A stretch of DNA of 64,000 nt. It comes from Lytechinus pictus. Its lineage: Eukaryota. This document shows, in pieces, positions 52,327-64,000 of this stretch. Every line of letters starts with the position of its first letter. Within the stretch, counting starts at the first letter, position 1. The position numbers were made by a program, and so were the translations under genes. Where the stretch lies: contig NC_087246.1 in NCBI RefSeq assembly GCF_037042905.1, positions 9,984,001 to 10,048,000 of the forward strand, in the 5' to 3' direction. The notes beneath the pieces are model-generated. The model searched no databases, was not told where the DNA came from, and was given only the letters and a program-made list of their open reading frames with translations.

Positions 52327-52578
52327 CTCTCTTAAAAAAATTGAGTAAAAATGCCTCATGAGGGTACCTATGTGCCCAACCAACATTGGGCATTTCTTTT
52401 GGGCTTTTTTATTTATCCAGTGTGATGAAAATTTTGCCCATTCTAAAGTAATTGCTGCTTATTTTTTAACCTTACTGGACAATATGCTTCCTGCATTGGG
52501 TAAAATACTGCCCAAAATTGGTTGGACACATAATTACTCTCGTGCTGGTTAAAATTTTACCCAATATTTTTTACAGTG
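52327..52578. mobile_element. CACT-type (EnSpm-like) MITE
   Basis: TA|CTCTCTTAAAAAAATTGAGTAAAA...TTTTACCCAATATTTTTTACAGTG|TA. Confidence 0.6.
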
Positions 52579-53060
52579 TATTTGGGGATATGTAAATAAT
52601 ATAATATATTGTCATTCTGACTCCTGAGCAAATGATTAGTAAAAGCAATGATATATCAACATACATCCTGGTAAAACCTTAAATGAGAACCTGTTTTGAG
52701 AACATATTGCTGGTAAATTTACTTATAGAATTTCATTGTATGATTGCTTTCTTTTGCAATCAATGTTTTATATGCTTTTGTAATATCACTTTTAATGAAC
52801 ATTTCGATTTGCATTGAAACAATGTAGGTTCATGTTCCTGGTTTTGATTGTCACTTTGTCATTGTTTGTACACTGCTTTTCTTTGAAGAAATAATTAATA
52901 TGAAACAATTAAATATTTCTATCACTTTGTGCATTCTTTCACTTCACTAACTCTTTGGCTATCTACTGGACAGATCATTGGATGCTATCATGTCAGGAGA
53001 AAGTTGCAATATAAAAAGTGAATAAGAACAACTAGTCTACTCCTACTCTACCCTAGGGTA

Positions 53061-53284
53061 GGCGCGATAGCTCAGTCGGTAGAGCGGGGGTTTTCGGATT
53101 CCGGTGACCCGGGTACGGTTCCCACCAGTGCGCTAGTGCCCTTTGGTAAGGCATTAATCCTCATTACCAGATCCCTCAGAGAGGATCTTAAGCCGTCGAA
53201 GCCGTCGGTCCTCTGGTTGCTTGTTACAGGCATTCATGCTTTCTTAGCAATCAGGTAAAATATCATCACCGTTTATCACCATTA
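53061..53284 (+). mobile_element. Full-length tRNA-derived SINE
   Basis: tRNA head GGCGCGATAGCTCAGTCGGTAGAGCG..., gtgccctttggtaaggcattaatcctc core, simple-repeat tail; second copy at 10564. Confidence 0.85.
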
Positions 53285-56179
53285 ACTCCTGAGACACCTT
53301 ATATTCTTTCCTTAGAAGTGATTGGTCAAGGGACTGATTTATATGATTTTTTTTTCATTGATTTTCTGAGATCAATCATCACCATGATCAATAGCTTAGC
53401 TTTATGTTGAAGGACCAAAGTCCTACTCTAGCTCTCCTAATATACCCATTTAAAACTTTGTTTTGAAATATTTGAAAACCAAACCCTTCTTCTTCTTCTG
53501 CCTTCTCCTTCCTTTTCCTTCTCATATCTCTTATAACTTTTATCTCTTATAACTCTTTATAACTCCTCCTTCCCATTCCTATCTGTCTATCAACTATCCC
53601 TCTTTATAATCTTTCTGAATGGTCTGGATTATTTTATAATGTTGATAACTCTTATAGAAATCTGAACTATTTTAGAGGAATGGTGTTCAGGATTTCCTTC
53701 CTTTTTTTTTTACTTCCCTGTTTCATTCTATTTGTGCAAATTTGTCCGCTTTAAAAGGGTAATAAATTGTCAAGCAAATTATGTATTTGTATTTGACTGC
53801 AACATTTTTCATGTGTACATCATTTTTATTTTATCATTGATCCAAATATCATGATTGCAATGAATGAAAGAAGAAAAATAAATGCATTAAAATAAACATT
53901 TCAAGGTTTCACACACAAAGACTACAGATTAAAACTGAAACAGTGCCATGTGAACATGACTAAGAGGACAATATTTATCAAAATATCAGAATAGGATATA
54001 AAAGAGTTAGAATTACTCATAATTCTCTTAAGTTCACTAGTATATCACCTGAAACTGTATGACTCAATACAACCTGTAGGAGACCAGGATAGGCATAGGA
54101 TCAATAAATCATATCTAAATTGAGAGCTGAGTATATTGCAAGACAGTTGTAAATAGCTATATTGAAAGAGAATATTGATTATAGCAGAAGCAACAAAAAA
54201 ACTGACCGCCACATTTTGCCATGTAATACAACTATATTATATGGCAAATGACACTAGAAGGGAGAAGGTAACAAGGAAAGTAAGCAAGGCAGTTTGGCAT
54301 TACACAATCCTTCTCTGATAAATACAATTGTCTGATAACAATTGTCTTGTCTGCTATGTGTTGCCAATGTTCACTGCTTCCATTCAGTGTTAAACAGTTG
54401 TTTTAAACAAATTGTAATTATTTCAAAATATTTGTCTTGCTACAACTACATGTACAGTATATCAGAAGTTATGAAAATTCTGTCAGAACTTTCTTTAAAA
54501 AAAAACATTGAATGAATTGTTGCTGACTGGTAAATCTATATTTATAATCATACATTCAACTTTAACTGTTTACTCAATTGGACGCGCAGTTCGCCAAAGA
54601 CCTAAAAATAATAATCAATTATTAGACTGATTGTATATTTTACCATACAGGGAAGTGATGTTATAATGTAAATCAACAACAGACAGAAAGTTAGATGAGC
54701 ACTGACTGATAAATCTATAGAACCATCTTACATCCAATTTATTGTGATTAACATATAATTTTTCAAAGACTTACAAATGATAAAGTTGCAAAGTCTCTTT
54801 ATGGAGGTGATGTGATAAATCAATATAATGACAGACAGCTATAGATGGGCAGTGACTCATACATATTAACTGACACTCTTCTTGAAGTTCTGGCACTAAT
54901 AATAGGGACTGACTTTCCTTATTCTGTTTCAATATGTCATGGTCTGTCAAATCATCAGATCATATCACACAGTCTCACTCCCTCACTCGGATCAATCTTT
55001 TAATCTGATATATACCCTGCCAGCATTTACACAATATGGCATCACCTGGAAATGAGTTCTGACATTCATACATCAAACCATTAAGGTATAAAACCATTTT
55101 TTTTGCCTGATTATATTACAATGATGCTCTTTTGGCAGTCTATGAGCAGGATGAGGTAACAGACAAAGCCTACATCAATCAGACAGTGCCAGAGAAGGTG
55201 TGGTAGATTGATTCATATTTAGGGTAATCAGGGGGGATTTCATGAAACACATCTTTAGTGATATCCATTGACTATTTGTTATAAGCTTCTGAAATCCTTG
55301 CATCTGATTGGCTCAGAGCAAATATGGCATTAGAAATCAACAAACACTCTCCTCAACTATCTAGGTCTCAGAATAATCGGTGAAGAGAAAAAAATAGAAA
55401 AGATGATAAAGAGTAAGAGGATATAAAGAGAGGGAAATAGAATGGAGTGAAAAAGGAATAAAGACTCATTTGTTTTTTAAAAGGTCTCAACCATTTTACC
55501 TCTCCTAATACTTTCATCATATGTACAGTAAATTATATACCTAAAACTTTTTTTTAAAAGGGAAGAATAGCAAAATGGAACAAACTTGACACAAAATTGA
55601 ATGGAAAATGGTGTGTGTTTTGTGTGTGATGACGAGAGAAAGGAGGAAGGGGGTGGGAACACTGAAAGAGAGAATTAAGGATGACGTGCACACACACACA
55701 CACACAAACATTCATATAGAAATGAGAATGGAAAATGAAAGAAGATGGGGGAATAAATCATAGGACAAAAGTGACAGACTGAGAGCACATGATGAATATA
55801 TCAAACCGAATGCCAAGTATGTAACTGACATTTTCATAGCATTAACCTCCATTTCCCTCAATTTAAGTAGAAATGGAGACAGACTCCTGATTTTATAATT
55901 CATAATTACTAGATAAAAAAAATTGCGGATTGCGACATTTTGCAATTATCAAAGCAGGAAGATGCAACTGTCTAATAAAGTCCTTTGAAATTCAAATTAA
56001 AGATAAAATCCAGTTGTGGTAATGGTAAAACTAGAACTCTTACAGAATGCAACAACTTGACCATAAAGGTATAACAAATGGCTTAAGAAAAACGAAATTA
56101 GTGGATTATTAAGTAATTAGCAATTTAATAAAGGCATTTAGTAAAAAAAAAATATTTTGTCTGACGTGTAATACAACAC

Positions 56180-56372
56180 ATAATAATACATAAGACTTGA
56201 ATAGCGCACTTTTCATCTTGATTAGATGCTCAAGGCGCTTCATAACAACAAAAACAGATTACAAATAATACATGTTTGAACAATAAGTCGATGTCTGTAA
56301 AAAAAAACACTCTTATACAGGTATGTTTTCAGGTTACCCCTGAAGGTGGTCACTGAAGTCTGGGTTTTTAAA
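56180..56372 (-). mobile_element. 3' end of an L2/CR1-type LINE
   Basis: Minus strand encodes TSVTTFRGNLKTYLYK (resembles an ORF2 C-terminus), then an agcgc..gcgct stem-loop and a (TTA)-like tail. Confidence 0.6.
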
Positions 56373-56553
56373 CATGCACAAGCATGCAAATTCGTATTGC
56401 AGATTTGTCTTTTTGTTTGTTTGGGTTTTTTGCACGACTTCCTTTTCAGCTATAGAATAAATCCTTTCAGAACATTGGCTTGCTTACACCTACAATGATT
56501 GACTTTAACGACTTTCTCTCAATCTCACTGCTTGCAATGGCTGCTTAAAATAA

Positions 56554-56989
56554 GACACTGTTCTCACTTCTTTCCTAACACTAGTTTAATGGAAACTAGT
56601 TTAACGCGTAGTGAGAACGGTCGAAGCGGTCTTGCAAGCGATCTTCCAAGCCAGTTCAGAAAACCACCTCATGATGTAGTTTTCAAGATCGCTTTGCTTC
56701 GGTAAACTGGTTTTAGCGCGAGTGAGGACACAACCGTTCTTCGTGAAGCAATCTTTGCACATTTTGAGTGCGCTACTCCACATGACAGGTGTAGAATGCC
56801 TACGCTGCGCTTTCGAATTTCACGTGAAACGTGTCACCCCACTGAGAGCGTTTCCATAGCAACAAGATCACTTTATGTAAAGTGATTTTGAAAACCACTT
56901 TCATGTGATCAAGTGGGAACGCTAGCAAAGTGATCTTCCAAACTGGTTTCCAGTAAACTAGTTTTAGAAGGCATACTGAGAACGGTGTC
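56554..56989. mobile_element. Harbinger-type MITE
   Basis: TAA|GACACTGTTCTCA...TGAGAACGGTGTC|TAA; inner IR ctagtttaatggaaactagttt / aaactggtttccagtaaactag. Confidence 0.8.
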
Positions 56990-57824
56990 TAAGATAAAGC
57001 ACAAGCTAAATAACCTACTCCTACATGATATTTTAACATCTAAACTAAGGGGAATGCTTTTTTTAAGTGGTGGATATTGTGAGTAAAGAAAACCGTGTCT
57101 GTACACAGTCATTTAAAGGAGAATTAGGGATTCAATTTAACACCATATTTTCACATGATTTTTTCCCCTCTCTAATTTTTCTTCTATTGTCTATTGTCTA
57201 TTAGTTGTATATGTTTAATTAAATATATGCTATAATTTTGAATATCCGTCTGAATGTGAAATGATTTTACAACCGGGCTCCCTTGTTAAGCAGGCTTCTT
57301 TTGCAAAGAAAACATTTACTAATAAAATTAAATGCACTGTTTCTTGAGGAACAATTTGGAAGACCTATTGTATCATAATTCATAAAAAAAACACTCAATA
57401 TTAATTGCCTCTTCCAACATATAAAAACCATATATTTCGCAACACTCAACCAATGTGAGATATATGCGGACCTGATAGGATCCCCCACCCGAATGCATAA
57501 CAACAGTTCTGCTACAGCCAGGGTAATTATACTGCATCATTGGAGAGATACTAGAACATTCTGATAAAAGAAAGGATAATCATTAGAATTGCTTTCATAA
57601 AATGTTATTTTTAAATGTTTTTTCTTATATGGGCAGAGTATTCTTGTTATCAGCAGATGAATAAGAAGCCCCCCCCCCCCTCCCCATTCTTTTCTAATCT
57701 GTAACAAAAAAAGAGAAAATGATGAGGATGTGATTATTAGGACTTGAACAATATTCCTTCTGTGATGACAATGATTTTCCTTCCTTTTGCTCATCATGCC
57801 AAGTCTGCATCTCCCATAGGATAG

Positions 57825-57826
<2 letters not shown>

Positions 57827-57863
<37 letters not shown>

Positions 57864-57872
57864 AGAGAGAAA
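57827..57872 (+). repeat. (GA)n microsatellite in a purine-rich tract
   Basis: Direct reading. Other simple repeats lie at ~38945-38990 (C/CT), 49205-49250 (GAT/GAC/AAT) and 55688-55706 (CA). Confidence 0.95.
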
Positions 57873-59519
57873 GAAAGATATGCAGAGACAGAAAGAGTGG
57901 AGGGGGTGGGAAGAGATTGGAGGGGGTGAGTGGGGAGAGAAGGGGGTAAAGAGCAAAGAATGATTTAATTATGAAAAAATAGTGAAAGAGGAACCCAATG
58001 CACTCATATATGAAATGAAAAACAAAAGAAAGCAATACAAAGTAATGATATACAAATATGGATGGGAACCAGTGAAAGACGGAAATATATAAAAATTAAA
58101 GTGTATAAATATAAGAAAAGGGTTAAAAAAAACAGGTAAATGAAAATGAAACTCAAAATGTTTTACATACAAAAGAGAGAAGAAAAAAAGAGATGTACAA
58201 ATAACTACTACGAAAAGTCATGAAAGCAGAAAAGCTGCATCAGAACATTACAGATAAACAGAATAGAACTACTTTATAGGTAAAACGATAACAGAGATGG
58301 AAAGAACACAAAAAGATGGACTGTGAGTCAACTTTCCAAGGAAGGAAGACCAATACATGACACAGAATGAATAAGGACTTCAAAACACTCATACAGCCAG
58401 AAAACAGAAGACTCTATCCTCTATCTGAAGAATCAAAGAGTATCATGTTCCACCAAACAGACTTCTAAAAATATTCAGGACTATCCAGGTGCTTTGGTGT
58501 TGGTATATCTAATTACAGCAGAACTTGGCAAAGACGTCATTTCTCTGGTGAAGAAGTCACCTAGGAATACTGTCATTTACAGAGACATCTTTATAATAAG
58601 TCTGTGTGCAAAGTATGATGTAATGGGTTAACCCACATGAAACTATGAATTTCTTCGGTGTAAATGTATCACCGTGTCTGGTGCAGAACCTTGTTAATTT
58701 TGTTGTGTCGTATCTGGTCAAAAGGTAACCCTGAGCTCAGACTTATGTCCTAGGAAATAGAACATTCTCTCCTGATCTTATCTCTTTATGACAGACTCAA
58801 GACACTGTTACAGATAACATATGTGTAGATTAGAATCACATCAATGTCAAATTACTGATCATGCATGTCTTGTTGATAAAAATAAAAACCTTAGTTAAAC
58901 ATTCTCAATTTGAAAGTGGATGAGGAAGAAAACGTGATAGAGTCATCGTGCCCAAAATGTCACTTTTAGCAACCATTCATGTTGCATACAAATCTAAAAG
59001 CACCCATTATGTAAATTTATATGTTAGGGATCATAGGGCATTGTAACATGCTCTTTGGATTATATATCGAACATGCATCATATTTTGTGTATATATACAC
59101 ATTGAATGAAAAGCAACTGTGCTTTATCCCTTTGCACTGAAGATTGCTCTCTTCACCAAATCAAAGACTGTTCAAGTGAGAGGTCCAAGGTACCCTGCAC
59201 CCAGATCCTCTCTCCTCTAGGACAATACTGCAAGAGGAGGCAAAACCAGAAACATTGCTCATAATCTTGAGAAGGAAGATGATTCCTGCTAAAGAGCTTT
59301 AGGGTGTGATAGGTAACACCTTCATTATCCTCCCTTAGGATTAGCACATGATCGTAAATGTCATTGTCTATCTGAAAAATTTACTCTTAATCATAGTTTC
59401 GGAGGTAAAATTAGATACATTGAAACCCTTCCGGATGCTCAGAAATGTTAGGGGGAAAAGGAAATCAGTCACCCCCTTTACATCGTCAGACATCAGTTAA
59501 TGTTGTGTACCCCCAAATA

Positions 59520-59912
59520 TTATACAAATAATGCACGTAAGCGCGTGCATGCAGGACCGAATAATGAACGATGTGCGAGAAGAGCTGATGGATATACCGC
59601 ACCGAGGTCCGCAGGACCGAGTGCGGTATATCCATTTGGCGAGTCGAGCACAGAGTTCATTATTTAGGTCCTCTATGCACAAGAATGCGTGCATTGTTTG
59701 TTTTATACAACCCCCCCTCCCCCATGTTACCGAGTTGCCCCGAATGCTACATTTGATCTAAATTCTAGATAATTCTAGATAATTTCAGACCTCGCACTAT
59801 CCTGCACTCTGACGTCAGAGTGCAGGATAGTGCATTTTGGATGCAATAGTGCAATATCACGTGATCAGATTTGGACCAATCAACTAACAAAACATTCTTG
59901 GGAGTTGTATGT
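59520..59912 (-). mobile_element. Crypton-like non-autonomous element with long terminal hairpin
   Basis: 15-bp perfect stem (59588-59602 / 59621-59635) inside a ~180-bp imperfect hairpin; IR atacaacccc / gggagttgtat; 40-bp palindrome at 59794-59833. Confidence 0.65.
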
Positions 59913-60604
59913 CATATAACATGTCTGATATAGTGATAGCTTTGAAGCTGCTGAAAGGGATTACACTTCAAGGTTCAAGGTCTGGAACTGAACAAAAGGC
60001 CGAAGATGGGGTATTTCACTTGGAATATGATCTATTCATAAATGTTATGTTCTCATATACACCATTCTGATTCTCAAATGGATTATAATGTGTAGTAGCA
60101 ATCTTTAACTTGAAAGGGGGGTCAATGCAAATCGATTGACAAGCTATCATGGAAACTAATTAACACTTTCAAGTTTGTATCATGTCTGACATTTGTCTAT
60201 CAAGGGAAATGCAAATCATAGTCACAAACCCAAAGAATTAACACTTTAGATAGATCACTATTAAATAAAAAGAGTATGCCTCTCTAGAGAGACATGGTAA
60301 AAAAAGTGGATTAATAGTTTCAAGCAATGGCAGTACCACAATGGATCTTAAATATAATTTTTGTTTCTTTGGGAATCACCCCCGGAATCACCACTCTCGT
60401 TATTGATGAGACAAGGAATAGGTCATATGTAGTTCAGACCCTGTCCCCTAAAGCCACCATGCATGTATAGCCCACGATGGATGCCACTACGCCTTCACAA
60501 TACAAATATGAAGAAAATTCTCTGACTAAAACATATTCTTCTGATTATACAAATCATAGATATTTATCTTGAGCTGAACAAAGCAATCTATTTTGGTAGG
60601 GTAC

Positions 60605-60761
60605 CTGTACGGATCACAGTTCTTCCTGAAATTTGAGGAAAGCGACTGATATCAGCTTTGGAAGCATGAATAATGAGTGATAATTTCAGGAGAGAAAGAG
60701 CAAATATAATCATGGCATGCTGCATCAATAGTGCAGGCTGAGCCACAAACATGGACCACAT
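60605..60761 (-). CDS. Putative first coding exon (signal-peptide-like) of a long-intron minus-strand gene
   Basis: Encodes MWSMFVAQPALLMQHAMIIFALSLLKLSLIIHASKA-DISRFPQISGRTVIRT, with a hydrophobic core and an A-x-A-like cleavage region. Ends at donor CAG|GTACCC (phase 1). Upstream acceptor ttttattttcag at 61178. No homology recognised. Confidence 0.4.
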
Positions 60762-61510
60762 GTTTCTCGGAACCCTGTCGGGTTTGAATTTCAATCCCAG
60801 AACGCGAACAGGAAACGGACAATGGCACGTAACAAGGGGAGAGCTCTCACGACAGGGCAATCCCTTCCCCTGTTGCTCGCTTGCGGCAAAACTTTAGAGC
60901 TTGATCTTTCATTGTGCATCCATTCACCTTCATCATACCCTGATCTTTGACAAGGTCTTATTCCCTGGAGGGGAAACTTGGGAGAAACTAAGTTCGAGAA
61001 CTTAAAGTAGTCATCAAATGCAGATATTCCCAAGTTTTATTCAAGAGTTTGTTTCTTGAACCTAAATGATATCTTAAAGATACTGATTTTCATCATCAGC
61101 TTGCTCCTTGTTTTATGTGACCCCCTGTACAATTAAATGTTTCTGTACAACTAAATTTTAGTTGCTCACATGCTTACCTGAAAATAAAATCACTTGAACA
61201 AAACACAGGAATAGCAATAAATTCAACGCAAATTAGAATTGTTGTTCACTTCAGATAGATGTAAAGAGGTCTATGACCAAATTACTGTGATGTTAGATCT
61301 TCATGACCTGCAGTTCAAGAACCTTCAGCAATGTGTAACCCCAACAGATATACATGTCTAGAATGCTCTTTAATAAAATACTGCGCTGGTCCATTACATT
61401 TTAATAACCTTAAAACTTTCACCTTTACACCTCAGTCTCAGCTGGTATATCAACTCATTACAATTTTTAAACCAAGTTCAAGGCCTAGTCAAAGAGCAAA
61501 GTTTTAACTC

Positions 61511-62002
61511 GTGCACTTTTTTTTTACACGGGATTTTCTTAACCCCTGACTATGGCCAACCTTGTACTATCCTCAACCCCGTACTAAATATATTTCTTTT
61601 CAAATAAAGCCAAATATTCTGGCTAACCCCAGCTAAGGAAATGCTTATTTCAAACATAATTCTGTAATCCCTGACTAGTGGTAGACATTCATTAGTGCTT
61701 ATCTCTGATTGGACAACAGCGCTGACTCCGTTGCACTAGGCTAGGCATAAATCAAGCAAAGTACTTGGCTTAGCTGGGTTTCTTTTTACGCTAGCGATCT
61801 TAACCCCAGACTATCACTGTTAGCACCGCGATTGCTTGGCTAACCCTGCTATTTTGCAGGACCAAATAATCCTGTACAATAGGTGGGTTAGCCCACTTTT
61901 CAAAAACGCTGTGTAAACATAAGGTGGAGCTAAATGGCAATTTAGCCCCACATAAAGTAGTTACAATGGGGTTAAGGAATGTTTTATGTGTGTAAAAAGC
62001 AT
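61511..62002. mobile_element. Harbinger-type MITE (degenerate)
   Basis: tttttacacgggattttcttaacccc versus ggggttaaggaat..gtgtaaaaagca; internal taacccc/tagccc repeats. Confidence 0.55.
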
Positions 62003-62543
62003 GGAAGTAAAACTCTGAAAATGCACTTCTGAGTCTTCTAGAGAACTCAACTTCTTCTTGATGAAGAATCTGTTTTGCAGATGTGCCCTCAGAGCAAACT
62101 GGAAGTAGAGGATGAGTGTTTCTAGGTCTGAGGAAAGGCGCAAGAGATGAGCGGGATGAAATGGTGGGTGTGGGAAGTGACCATCGAGACTACTTAGGGT
62201 TTACTAGCAGCAATTGTTGTGACGAAGGCTTAGACATCTGTTTTGTACTTGTCACTGGCAATGACTAATTGAGTATCTTAGACAATAGGGAATAAGTGAG
62301 TGTGTTCAAGGTTTTCAAGGATTGTGTAGGGGAAGAAGCATGGTCAAAGTCAAGGGGGTGGGCAGCCCCTTGAGATATAATGAAGTGATAAGAGTGTATA
62401 TATGGAATGTTTATACAGAAACAGATACATTGTTATAATGAAAGATGATGAATGATGATATTATGATGACAGATAAGCGTACAGATAAGAGGAAAGGATT
62501 AATGTTGTGACATATCTACCACAATTGTGGTAATTCTATTTAA

Positions 62544-63146
62544 ATGTCAAGTCCACCCCAGAAAAATGTTGATTTGAATAAATAGAGGAAAATCAACCTA
62601 GCATTAATGCTAAAAATGTCATCAAAATCGGATGTAAAATAAGAAAGTTATGACATTTTAAAGTTTCGCTTATTTTTCACAAAACAGAGATATGCACAAC
62701 TCAGTGACATGCAAATGAGACGGTCGATGATGTCCCTCACTCACTATTTCTTTTGTTTTCTGTTGTTTGAATTATACAATATTTCATTTTTTACAGATTT
62801 GACAATAAGGACCAACTTGACGGAACCATACAGTATTAAACAATGCTAATTCCACATGTTCATGGAGGAATTAATCATTGTTTCACTTGACAATGAGAAA
62901 ATTAGAATACTTCATATTTCATATAATAAAATACAAAAGAAATAGTGAGTGGATAACGTCATCAGTCTCCTCATTTGCATACCGACCAGGTTGTGAATAA
63001 TAACTGTTTTGTGAAATAAGGCGAAACTTTAAAATGTCATAACTTTCTTATTTTACATCCGATTTTGATGAAATTTTCAGTGCTATGCTTGTTTGATTTT
63101 TCTTATTTTATTCAAATCAACTTTTTGCTGGGGTGGACTTGTCCTT
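62544..63146. mobile_element. Kolobok-type MITE (family B)
   Basis: TTAA flanks; tcaagtccaccccag / ctggggtggacttgtcct; long TIRs. Confidence 0.85.
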
Positions 63147-64000
63147 TTAAGGAGAAAATATAACACTAATTTCAGAACTCGGTATGTCCTCCAGAAATAG
63201 TGTAACAACTTGACAATTAATGTTGTATTTTAATGGGATTGTTTTTTTTTTCTCTTTTTGTTCAAATAAAAATTGTGTTGCCCAAGGTAAACTGGCCCTT
63301 TAAAGAAACATAAATTTGTTATTCCTCTGTGATTTACTTTGATCTAGGCATCATATTATACAGAATTAAGAGACATGTGATTTCCTTTTTGAAATCCATA
63401 TATACTATCTGCAAAATGATTTTTTTTAATATCCTTTCGCCTTTTTTACCCACTCATGAATGAATGAGGAATCATATCAATTATATGAAATGAAGAAGAG
63501 ACTCTTTTGTCAATTATATTAGTGATTTAGCTATGATTGATAATTTTCAGTTTCTTTTTTTTAGACTGTACAAGAACATAGAAAACACAATAGGAATTGA
63601 AACCTGTCATAACCCTATTCTGAGCTGTAAACAATATTTGATCTTGACTTATTCTATTATATGAAATCTAGCTGATCCTTCATCACTTCATAATCCATCC
63701 ATTGAATTCACAAGCCTCAAGCTAAAATATATTATCATGATGATGATAAGAAGTTTCATATCTTTTACTCAGTTTATGCATCATTTCCTGTGATGGGCAA
63801 CTGATATTAAGTAAAACAAGGGTAAAGGGGATAATAGAATAAGAACCATTCAAGTATCTGTTTAACCATGGTGTTTAATTGATTTTTTTTTAACAGAGGT
63901 GCATCAATCAGAAAAAAATGATTATTTGCATCTCAAACCATGAGGGGGGGGAGCATTTAGTATAAATATGTAGGTCCATGGTATAAATGTATGATACGTA

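Noticed and set aside
53061..53132. Functional tRNA gene
   Set aside because: The B box is degenerate and the sequence continues into a SINE body shared with 10564.
57537..58172. Hydrophobic minus-strand ORFs (also 22283..22543 and 25078..25373)
   Set aside because: Translations of GA/CT low-complexity tracts.
59153..59371. Possible minus-strand exon after a ttttcag acceptor
   Set aside because: The open frame is phase 0, incompatible with the phase-1 upstream exon, and there is no recognisable homology.

Overview
AT-rich, gene-poor animal genomic DNA. The repeat families and GPCR type look sea-urchin-like (inference; the species cannot be confirmed from sequence alone). There is no prokaryotic content and no CRISPR array. 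The only well-supported protein genes are two convergent, paralogous class A GPCRs with an NRY motif and intronless CDSs: 33057-34156 (+), which carries a 1-nt frameshift, and 45609-46682 (-), which is intact. Weaker splice-signal evidence suggests a long-intron minus-strand host gene, with a signal-peptide exon at about 60.6-61.2 kb, AG|GTAAG recursive-splice-like sites at 61178 and 51686, and a 22-nt microexon at 38557-38578. The rest is a dense, often nested set of non-autonomous transposons. These include TTAA-flanked Kolobok-type MITEs (one is a decayed 6-kb element), Harbinger-type MITEs, CCCGG-ended elements with 8-bp TSDs, a TAG..CTA element with a 9-bp TSD, a foldback with internal arrays, hairpin-ended Crypton-like elements, Helentron-like elements, SINEs and a LINE tail. 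There is also an unusual tRNA-containing element with terminal direct repeats. I cannot show a new biological system here. The best leads are the tRNA-carrying direct-repeat element and the recursive-splice/microexon host-gene model. Superfamily labels rest on termini and TSDs read by eye.
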